Source: Auanema rhodensis (lineage: Eukaryota > Animalia > Nematoda). Taken from it: DNA of 64,000 bases. Shown one piece after another: positions 1 through 11,539 of the stretch; within the stretch, counting starts at the first letter, position 1; each line of letters starts with the position of its first letter. Under the pieces are notes generated by a model. That model had not been told where the DNA came from. It saw only the letters and a program-made list of their open reading frames with translations, and did not search any database. The translations under genes and the position numbers were made by a program. The DNA lies in contig OZ059898.1 of assembly GCA_964057225.1 (NCBI GenBank), positions 3,906,001-3,970,000 of the forward strand, given 5' to 3'.

Positions 1-1024
1 TAGAAAAAAATAATATAAAAAAAAACTTTTTTGGTGATTTTATGCAATTTATTCACTATAAAGAAAAAAATCATTGTTACAAATTCAATAAGTTAAATGA
101 GGTATTATTCTGAATATGTTTTACATTTAAGTTTATTTTTTCTATCCTTTTTTCCAAATGATTTGGATAAATGATTATATTTGTGAATCTTTAGTATATA
201 TTTTTATATATTTTTGTAATTCTTAATTGATTTTAAAACGAGAATTGATTAACTTAAAACAATATATAATCCAAAATTTAATTTCGTTTTCAGTTGAAAA
301 TATCTGAAAGTTCATCTGATATCCTACGTACCTATAAAGTAAAACTAGTGATGATAAAGAAATTTGATCTTTGTCACAAACTAAAATTGGTTCATATGAA
401 AAATTAAAATTTAGTTTTGTTCAAAGGCTAATCATAAATAAATTCAAATAAAAGTTTTATTTAATAGAATTGACTTAGTGGAAGAAAAAAAATTAATATA
501 TGAGAATACCGATTCTCATTTACATCAGGAACGTTCTTGATGACAAATATTGCAAATTAACACGATAGACTTTTTGAAAATGCATGAAATCTATCAGAAA
601 TGGTAAAACAAATGCTATAGATCTTCTATATTCAACTCTCTCTCGTATTCGACATACAATTTTTTCAATTTCTCGGTTCTTTATTTTCAATGATCGTGAG
701 CAACCGCCAAACTTCAATTTCGAAAGCTAAAAATCGTGAATAAATGAAATGAGAATTCTTTTTAGTTTCAATAAGGGGGATCACGTTAAGAAAATTGAAA
801 TAGAATAATTTAAGAACAAATATCTGTTAGAATAGAAAATTATAATTTTCCTCAAACAATGAATAAATGAAAATGAAAAAATTTTAGATAGGAATTAAGT
901 AATTGAAATTTGTATTGATATACTTGTATTAACATGAATGTATATATGTATATACATATTTTTGTTGAATATCACAATTAATTATTGTATATAAAGCATT
1001 ACAAACATAATTATAATGTTTGAG

Positions 1025-1868
1025 ATGAAACGATTAAAAGAACGCTTAATACGAGAACGACAGCTACGCGAAGGTGGTGGAGCTGATGATTTAGACTTAG
1101 AAGCTTTAATTGAAGCTTTACAAAGAGGAGAGGAAATTAATGAAGGTAATTTTGATATAAAACCTTTTATGTATGCATATCTAATTATATTTTAGAAGAT
1201 ATAGGAAATTATCCAGATAGTAAGTTATATAAAGTTTTATTTGATCAAACAATTTCAAAAACTTACAAACGTATATACATGGGTGTGTTTTTGGGCAAGC
1301 AACTTAACGATTAAATTTACGGAAAAAGTTGAGATAGAATACAAGGAAGTTAAATTCGCATATAATGAATATAAACATTTTTATGTGACCTCTACAAAGA
1401 TCTATAGTTAGTTTATAAAATTAACATTGTTAAAGACGTTTGTTGAGTATATACATCGGACTTTCCTTACTATTTAATAATATATTATAATTTTTTTCTG
1501 AAATAAATTTAATATTTTCAATATTAAATGATTTATTATACTTTTAAGCTGACATGACTTTGGATGAAATCAAAAGATTAGAAGACAACAATTGTCGGAT
1601 TCAACAGGCATTTGAAACCTTTGGTAAGTGTTTAGATCAGCTATGAGTCCAATCTATTTCCTAGATGATCACTCTTGGAAATATAACCGAAGACATGTCG
1701 AAGGTGCCGGTGAACCCAAGGAAAGGTTAGTTCAATTTTTAAAAAAGAAATGGGAGAAATATGAAAAATAGTTTTAGTGCTATGAAACAGTTAGAAGCTG
1801 GAAGTTCAAACAAATTTAAAAAATCATCCATAGACTTCAAATACAACAGACTTATCACTAAAACATGA
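1025..1868 (+). CDS. Unidentified protein, 5 exons, ~125 aa; may be the 3' end of a gene starting left of the window
   Basis: Five phase-compatible GT-AG exons join to MKRLKERLIRERQLREGGGADDLDLEALIEALQRGEEINEEDIGNYPDTDMTLDEIKRLEDNNCRIQQAFETFDDHSWKYNRRHVEGAGEPKESAMKQLEAGSS...LITKT*. AATAAA at ~2014 and ~2027. Family not recognised. Confidence 0.7.
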
Positions 1869-4070
1869 AATGTTTTAAGGAATACTCCTACATACACACA
1901 TACGAATATCCATGTATGTATACATATATGAATACATTTATATATTTATGTTTATACCTATATATACATTTTCATATACTTTTCTATATGATTTAAAGTT
2001 TTTTCTCTTTCTTAATAAACCTTTTGAATAAATATTCACATATAAATAACTAATTCAATGATATAAGTGCACATCCTTTTCTTTTTTTGCTCAACGAACA
2101 TACATACGCATGTACATGTGTGTGGAGAATATATATGTATTCATAAATTTGTTGTTACGTATACACTCAGAATAAAAGAATAGCTTGAGAAGAATTGGAA
2201 AAGAAGAACATATGAAACAATGGCGTTGACAATGAAAAATCTCAATTACAGCTTATCACAAGACATTAACATTCCCTCAGGGTCAAATAATTACACATCT
2301 GATCGTCAAACTTCCAATAATTTTTGTACAGTTGTCCTTTGTTTTACTTTCTTGAAAGAAATGCTTTAATAAAATCTAAAAATAAAATTTATATTAATAA
2401 TATAAATACTTTAAAATATCAGTTAGATATAATAAATTATAAAAAAATAATTATTCATAAATATGTTTTTATATATAACTATATGTTTAATATATAAACA
2501 TATATATATTTTAAAATTTTAATTTTCCAGAAACCTTATGGATTTGGGGTCTCAAACGTATCTTTCACGCAACTTCTTCTTTACTTCCTGAATACGAATG
2601 ATCTATAGGAGAAGAAACCGGCTTTTGTTTACTATGAGGTGAGGGGGGGGGGGAATCTCGAAAGAGAACAGAAACGTTATGAAGAGTACAGAGAATTAAG
2701 AGAGTTCATCATGAACAACACATTAAAAGATAGTTTGGAAAGATTCTCATAGTCTATTCAATACATTTCACACCTCATTTTTTTTCTTTTAAAACAAATG
2801 ATAAAAAAAAAGATTTTTAGAATATTTTTGAAAAATCTGTTAGAATTTTAGATTATTTATGATTGACATTTTAATCTTAACTTACATTTAAAAAAAAAAT
2901 ATATATATATATATAAAAGAAGAACAAATTAAATTTTTTACACAATATGTTTATACATGTATCTATAGAATATAGAAATTCATGTGTTTGCTATGAATAA
3001 TATCTTGAATATATTGTTATTCAGTAATGTGTGATCAGTAATATTTTTTCTTTCTTAAAAGAAAAATAAAGAGGAATGCATTAAGGTTGAAATATACAGA
3101 CAATAGGGTTTTATTGTTATTGATATTTATAGTTTTTATATATTACAAGTTGGTTTACAATATCATGTTGAATGATGCTTTCTTGTCTTCCTTCTTTTTA
3201 CTACAACTTAGCTTGTATATTAGCACAAACAACGGCATTCAGTCTATGTCCGATTTCAAACAAGTAGATGTACATACATACGTAATCATCATGAACAAAA
3301 AAGTACCAATTGCTTCACTTATTCAGCTTTTGCAAACTTCCCTGACTTATCGACCAATGACATTCAAAGTAGAAAGTAACATCGTTCAAGATGAACTAAA
3401 GCTATTCATACCATTGTTTATCGTTTTTAATAATTTTAAGTTGCTTGTATACTGTCATACAATTGCTGAAAGACAATACAATAAAGTTATTAAATAAATT
3501 TTAATTAAACTTATAACACTTAAAGATATTTTATAAAATTCTTATTCTTTATGTCAATATGTTTATACTTTTTTGTATAATTTGCATTTTACAATATGTC
3601 AGACATATCTTTAACCAATTACTATATAGTAACCGATTTATCATATTATTAAGTTGACATAATTAAATATTATGTTACTTATATATTTTTAATTAATGAT
3701 TTTTTTACTGAAATTGCTCAGTATATCATCGTCACGTATGTCTTTGTGTGTACATAAGCGTCTTCTGGATTTCACGTCAACTTTGATTATGAAGGGCAAT
3801 CTGTTTCCGGTTACTGAACGGCAATCAAACGCTCTCCTTCATTTCAAATGAATTACTCTTCTTATCGCTGTGTTCAACCTAGCTCATTTCATCTGCTAAC
3901 CTTTCTTACCTTCCCGTCTCTGTTTGTTCAATTCTTTCAGATGCTCATGCTAGTTACTTGCTCAACTCTTGATTCTGGATTCCAAGAACTTTTGTTTGAC
4001 TTTCTGTTGCGAGACGACCTCGGACCAGCTATTACCTGCCCTCTGACACTTTTCACGTATTCCTTCACCA

Positions 4071-4142
4071 CCCCGCCCCTTTCTATATATACCATTGCCT
4101 GAGGGTGATCGACCTCTGCCCGCCCAAACGAGGTATATAAAG
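4071..4142 (+). promoter_or_regulatory. Candidate Pol II core promoter: GC boxes plus TATA, with no adjacent ORF
   Basis: CCCCGCCCC 4071-4079, GCCCGCCC 4118-4125, GTATATAAAG 4133-4142, and a CRE TGACGTCA at 4267-4274, all in a GC-richer island. Confidence 0.4.
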
Positions 4143-7100
4143 CAAGCGTTGAAAACCATCCTTTTCTATACTTCACTCTGATACAAGATAAGAAGAGGAG
4201 GTTTCAAAAAATAATACTTTTTACCCTATACTTACGTATTTTTTGGAATCAACCTCGTTTCATATGTGACGTCAACAGTATGTTTGCTCATTTTACTTTT
4301 TCTTTCTTTGTCAAGTACAAGATCGTCTGACAGCTTAACAATAACAAAATACATAATATACTTTGTTAGTAGTTTTGTTTATTTACTTTAACTTATATAT
4401 TCACTAACGAAAACTATTACATGTGCTATCACTCACATTTTACTCTGCAGCTGCTCTTTCTATATCTGTTCAACATGAAATAGTTTCTATTAACTTCACT
4501 ATAGACATTTTTTAAAATTTTTTTCTTCATATATCTTATAATAACATATGCTAACGAATAAATAAGGATTTATCATAAACTCTCAAGTATTTAAACTCTT
4601 AATTAATACTTTTGAAGACTATAATATAAGAAAAAGTGTTATCTGAAATTATATTTCATATTCTTTTCCAAAATATCACCTTTCTCTGAAGTTCAATCCG
4701 GTTATTGTAAGCAATATAGGGGTATATTATCTATACTATTAAGAAAACATATGATCAGATAACGATTTGCGAATTTGAAACTCTTAAGTAATAATTTACT
4801 ATTTAGAATAGAAAAGAATCACAAATGTTTTTAAACCAAAAAGATATTCAAGTAAAGAAAAAACGAAGCTAAATTTTTGGCTCTTACCTTTTTACACATA
4901 TAATATATAGTACACATTAAATTTATGTTTAAAATTTTAAATGATCAATATTCAACATTATAATAATTTGATATGTTTGTTTAAATGTAATGTGATTTGT
5001 TGCAGTACTAATCCAATCTGCCAGACAATGATACCGTTGGAATATTAACGGTATGAAAGAAGTAAACATTGTTCTGATGATGAATGATGACTATCAGACA
5101 TTGACATTTCTAATTTGGTATCAAAAGAGAATTTAATGAAGATAATGTTCAAGATGAATCTTGTGAGATGTTCAACACTTTTCTTCTTTGTTTTAACAAC
5201 AGTTAACACCAACTATAGGTATACCAATTCATTTCTTCATTAGATATCCTTATATAGCATTCTATCACTTATATTATTTATTTATTTTATTTATTAATTG
5301 ATATTAATTAACAAATTTGAAGATTTTAACGAGAATTTTATAAAAATCTATACTTAATGCAGATGGCATAATGAAAACGAGAAGTAGTTATGAATAGAAA
5401 AGGAGATTCTAATGAAAGGAAAGACCAAAATCAGTTTTAATCTTATTGTACGTTGAACTGGCTATATTCAAGTTGTAAAACAAGAGCAACTTTATCAGCT
5501 AGTTAATTGACAAGTATGGTAGCTGTTATTGATTGTTTTTCTTTTATAAGAAAAGAATGAGAGAAGCAGTAGGGTTTAAGATAAAGACGGAGTGAAGGAT
5601 AGTAATAGGAAAGCGAGAGATTCCGATGTTGTATTGGTTGTTAGCTTCGATGCATACATATTCTTCTGGTTAGTTCTATTGGTTGTATATGAATGTAATA
5701 GGGGTGGCTGTAGATATGTCTATCGTCATTCCTTTTAACTATCATCCTGTCAATTTCTCTGTCCATCAGTTGTACTGGATAGACGTGGCCTGAAGATTTT
5801 AGATCATCTTAACAAGCTTAAAAAATTTTCAGCTTTCATATAATTTTGAAAGTATTATATTTTATAATTGTTGTTTTCATGAAAGTTACTTTTTCTCTTT
5901 TTGCACCGTTATTTCACTAAAGTTTGGCTATTTGTTTTTTATGACCATCTTCATTCATGCTGATCAAAAACCTTAATTCTTTCTTTTTTCTTTTTCTCCA
6001 TTTGTCTTTTCTTCTTTTGATACATTTCTAATGTATTTAAAATATTTAATCAATGTTAAGAATTGTTGATGTTCTGATTTTTTTTGTAATACAAAAACTC
6101 AAAGATCGTTACTCTGATTACTTTTATGTAGTTCATTGTTTAATCGATTTATAATACTATATTAAATTACCTTATATCATCTTTATACAAAAATGTTATA
6201 GTTTTATTCTTTATTCAGTTAAATATCTCAAATTTATTCTAAAATATTTAGTAAAGGTTTTACACACAAATAACTTTTAGCGCTTTTTTAATGCTACCAT
6301 ATTCTCTCACTTTTTCTTTCTCTTTTATTCTACTTTAAAGCTCTTTCTTCACATCTGTCTGTTTTATTCACTCTTCCTTTTTTCGTTTACTCTCTTTCTC
6401 ACTGTCTTTATTTCCTTCTTTACCTGTTTTTTCTCTTGTTCTCTCTAGTTGTGTGCTTTTCGTCATTGTTTTCGATGGTTTGGAATTTGACCTTGTCTCA
6501 GAGCTGCCCTCTACATCCTCGTAATTTCTCTCGTTCTCTTGATAACCTACAAATGAAAAAAATCAAATACAATCCAATTATAATCAAGATTTAATCCATG
6601 TTGTTGTTTTAAAATCTTATGTGTCCAGTTGTTATGAATACAAACAATCGTTGAGGTTTTACTTTCTTAAATTCATTTTATACTATTTCAAATTGCTGTT
6701 TAATAGAGATATATAGTATATAAGTTAAAATAACAAATATGGTTCATGGCCAGCTCGAATCATTATTTTGTGTCGTAGTTATATATAAAGTGGTATTCTT
6801 TTAAGAAATAAAATAGTTTTTAGAAAACAAAAGATATATTTGTACGTCTTCAGATAGTGAATACATTAAATATAATATATTGAAATGTGAAATACAATTA
6901 GAATAGTCCATATTACCCCATTAGTTTTCAAATTATTTGATTGGTCGTTACACCATTCTAATCAATATGTTTTTTTCTCATTTCTGTTAATTTTTTTCTT
7001 TAATTCCAACTTCTCTGTATATTTCCGTATTAGGCATGAAGTGCAGCCTTCAAGCAACAACAACAAACAAAGTTATTGAAGAGGTTCTTCAATTGAATAT

Positions 7101-9318
7101 GATGAACTGTCACTTTCTTTATTTTTTTATATTTATTTTCGTATTGAAATACTGAAAATATTTGTCTTAATATTCTACATTTGTGCTCTATCATTGTTGT
7201 AAAAATCAGTCATATACATACTCTTTTACTCTTTTATTTAATTTTATTGATAGAATTAATTTTGAAAATATTCTATGATGATTAGAGCATAGTAGCGTAA
7301 TCCCCAAGGCGTTATGGAAGGGATAGCTAAAAAATCTTAAACTTTCTTCGAAAAAATCATTTTAACTGTTTCAGAGTAAAACTTTATTTATTTGGTTTTA
7401 CTGTATATTTCGATGTTATAGCCATTATGCAATTTCGGTGAAGTATGTAATAAGTTGACAGTCATTGTCAAGAGTTATGAAAACATTTTTCATTTAGAAA
7501 CGTGAATGAACTTGACCAACTTTGTTTAAGCCTATTCGAAAAATAATTAATATGGCTTGTATAAATGGAACCAAATGGCTTTAAGATAAATCCTTAGAAT
7601 AGTTGTTAGTTTTGTCTTAAAAATGTTAATGATTCTAAAAGAATTGTTTGAAGTTTACAGAATGTTTAACAACCGACAGTAGTGAACTAAAAATAGTGGA
7701 ACTGACCACACTTTTCTTCAGTAAATTCTTATAATCGTTTTAATAGCTTTGGCTGATTTCGTTTCACATTTCAATATTATATTTCGTCATCTTAATATAT
7801 ATTTATTATATAAAATATAGATGTAAATTTAAAAATAATATAACTTAGTTTTTTAATTTACAAATCATTCTTAATAATTTATTCAAAATCTCATTTTATT
7901 TTTTCCTATATATATATATAGAAACATTTGATAGAATTAATCTTATGAAACCATCTCTAATCATCGATACGAATATAAGGTCGGAATTTACTGAATTAGT
8001 CCAACAATAAAAAAAGTGGCATCAGATACCTTGACTTAAATTTCTCTCTTATTCTTTGTGATATTACATGAATGTTGTACACTATCAAATCTAATTTTCA
8101 TTCAGATAAGCAACATTTTAATTATTATTATATTAATATTATTTTGAAAAATAAAAATATAATGAATAGGTCTTTCTTTCTTTCTCTATCTCTCTCTATA
8201 TATATATTTCTTTCAAATTTCTTCTTTAAAGCTATTCTCATTGTGTACCATCAGACGAGGTCACAAAAAGATTCTTTCTTATTACAAACTTGAACTCTTC
8301 GACATGACTTGAAGCTAAAAATGAAATTGTTCGTGTCGGACAACGACCTTCGCCGTCCAGTATCTTTTTTTTGTTAGTTGGAGTTAATAAAGATATTATC
8401 TTTTCTATTTCGATGAGAGTAAAAAAGAATCGGTCTAACACCATAATTCCATTATTAGTTTGACTTCTGAACATTTCGAAGATTAATTTTTTAAATAATT
8501 TTATAAATATGAAATATAGTTAGAAAGAATACTTTTGTAAGTATTCTAAAAATATAATTAAATTACTTATATTGTCCCTTTATTTCTAAGATATATAAGT
8601 TTTTGCTTTAATATTATGTATATGTATGCATTTATATAATATCGTGTACATATATCTTCGCTTGTAGTGCTTGTTTGATTCTTATCTAGTCTTGCTTATT
8701 TGTCACATATATAATGTAGAAAATGAGAGAATTTATTTCACCTTCGAGTCATCATATTATTCCTTTATCTATATACTTCCGTATTTTTGATGTGAAAGGC
8801 CGACAACTCATGTACATGAAAATTTGGAGGCAAAATCACCTTTCTCTTAATCGTAAGCATCACCAAAGGACATTATCATTGACTGCTAGTGTTGTAGCGG
8901 CTTTTTGGACGTTATGAATGAAATTCCTGTTTAGGAACATCAGATGTGTTATTTCCTCAGTCTTACTCTTATATACATATATATATATATATACATTATG
9001 TTTCATTTGTTTCATATCAGATTGAATCGTTCTCTATACCATTTGAAAAGAAGAGTTTCCCAATAGTAGTGTATAGTTTTATTTTTATTCCAATGCTTTA
9101 TGATATTTTCTCTTTCCTATTTGTTGTTTCTTGATTTAAAACAGTTTACCCATTTACTCAAACATAACAGCTGTTTCAAAACTTTTTAATAATGACGTCA
9201 CCATGGTGGCAACTCGTGCCAATGAACGCGCTTGAAACACTAGCTTATACAGTCTCAGAAACAGTTACTTACCACTTACCTGTTTTCATCATATAACTGC
9301 CATTAGCCGGCGTTCATT

Positions 9319-9326
9319 TCTCTCGC

Positions 9327-9358
<32 letters not shown>

Positions 9359-9389
9359 GCTCTCTCTCTCTCTTTCTCTCTCTCTCTCG

Positions 9390-9435
<46 letters not shown>

Positions 9436-9465
9436 ATTTCTCTCTCTCTCTTCATTTCTCTCTCT
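9319..9465. repeat. (CT)n/(GA)n microsatellite, with a further pyrimidine tract to ~9830
   Basis: Visible directly; accounts for the spurious LS-repeat ORFs. Confidence 0.95.
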
Positions 9466-11452
9466 TACATATATACTGCTCTACTCTGATTTCGTCTTTC
9501 TCTGTCTTCTTTTTGGCATTCCACTACCGCTTTCGCTCCAGTTCGAGTCATCTTTTTATCTTTTCCCCTCTACTATCTTTATCGTTATCAACTACCCTTT
9601 CGCTCTTTCTCTCTCTTTCCGTTCTCTCACTCTCTCTCTTTCTCTCTCTCTCTCTTTTACTCTGTCTTCTACTTCAACTCCCTCTTTTACACTTTGTCTT
9701 ATTTTCTTTATTCACTCACTTTTCTCGCTACTATCATTATTTCTTTCTTGCTTCTTCTTTCCTCCATTTTCTCTCTCTCCTTTCCCTCTCTTTTACTCTC
9801 TTCTACTTATTCTTTGCATTTTTCTTTTTAATTGACTAACTACGTGGTATTTCTAATTATGAAAGGAAAGCGAAAAGAAACAAACCCCGAGTAGCTCGTT
9901 TTGTAACTGATAACAAGCCAAATTACCAGTTGTTGTTATTTGTTTCTTAACGTTAATTACACGAATCGTGCACGTATGGCGACTTCATGATGATGCTAGC
10001 ATGACGACGACCATTGCCACATCATCGTTTTCGTCGCCGTGGCTGACAGATGGTCGTTGTCTTTTAAACTTTCAGATGCATTATATGATATGCCATCAGA
10101 AGGTGACCTGTGTATTACATGTTTCTCTTTCATATTTTCACTTTCTAATATCCGATTTAAAAAAGTAAAAAAAGATTCGTTTTAGCACGAAGAAATATTT
10201 AACAGTCGTTTTCCTTCTAAAACTTCTTTTTTTTTGAAAGATTAAGTTAAATGTATAATAAGATTTCAACTTTTTTTGAATTTACTAATTTCCTGGTTGA
10301 ATTTTTATAACTTATAATTATATGATTTTATTTATTTATTTATTTATATGAATAATCATATATTTTCTGTTCTATTAATTGAAATTTTAAACTAATGCAA
10401 CATATTATTAGTATCATTTTAAAGTTAAATCTATCTATCTATCTATCTATCTATATACATATATATATATCTAAACCGTGAGAAAAATAACGACCTTAGC
10501 TTCCGATTTTGAGATTTGATGAAACACACGATTTGTCAAAAGCGATATTACAAGCAAACGGGATTTTCCCGTCGGCAATATCTCGTTCAATTCTTTTTCC
10601 GTCTCATAAAATGCAGACTTTTATTTCTCACCTTATTACGTTATATTCTAAACTTTTTTTTCACATTTGTTTATTCTTGAAATATTCAACGTATTTTATA
10701 AAATAGTTATTTTATGATAAATTTTATCGCTTATAATTTTTTATTTGACTCTATGTGTACCAAATTTTCTTTCTAATTATATGTACATCAGTTAAACTAA
10801 AACTTTTTTGTATAATTTTTGAAAATTTAATTTTAATTTTTTATTGAAAATTCAAACTCCTTTAATCTTTTAAAGTTTTAATCTCATGACCTCATACAAG
10901 CATCAGCTTTCACTTTTTCACTGAACCCCGCCCCCGTCTTCTGCGTCATCACAACCAAAGCAACTAATCCAATTTCCATAAAACAGCTGGGAAATTGCAA
11001 TACAGCAATCGTAAAGGAAAACGCTTTTACCTGTATGTCCTTGCATCTGGGCAGTTTTCTAACATGTGGTTGTAAGCTTAATTAATTCATTGAAACTTTG
11101 TAGCCTATATTCATTGATGAAACAGTTTTAAGTTTTTGTTAATTCTTCAAGAGTTGAAGTTAGTTCTTCTATAGAGTGTTATATATTGTTTTACATTCTA
11201 TATATATTTGTATAATAATGTTTCACAAATATTAAATTTTAGTTATTTTCTTCTAATATTTATGATTATCATGTTTTTATTTCACTTTACTCATTTATTT
11301 TTATTTTTATTTGCTGTAATTCAATTATTTCAAAAGAAGAACAGATAAAATATTCAAAAAAAAAACATTAATACGGAGAGAAAGTTGTCGCAATATCTGC
11401 TTAGTGATAGATATGCTTCGTTCTCAGATATAAATGCAGAAGAAATCATCAC

Positions 11453-11539
11453 ACTCTCTCTGTCTCTTTCTCTCTCTCTCCTTCTCTCTCTCTCTCTATT
11501 TCTCTCTCTCTCTCTCTTTTTCTCCCCCTTTCTCTCTCT
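11453..11539. repeat. (CT)n microsatellite
   Basis: Visible directly; source of the RERERE and LSLSLS ORFs. Confidence 0.95.

Noticed and set aside
520-727. Minus-strand ORF with splice-like signals
   Set aside because: No start exon and no recognisable product.
1221-1548. H/ACA-like double hairpin in the long intron of the first gene
   Set aside because: Pairing is almost all AU/GU and expected by chance.
2256-2282. TCACAAG...CTCAGGG, a lin-4/miR-125-like site
   Set aside because: Spacer is too long and it lies beyond the upstream gene's poly(A) signals.
3087-3497. 136-aa ORF
   Set aside because: TTG start, AT-driven composition, no splice partners or motifs.
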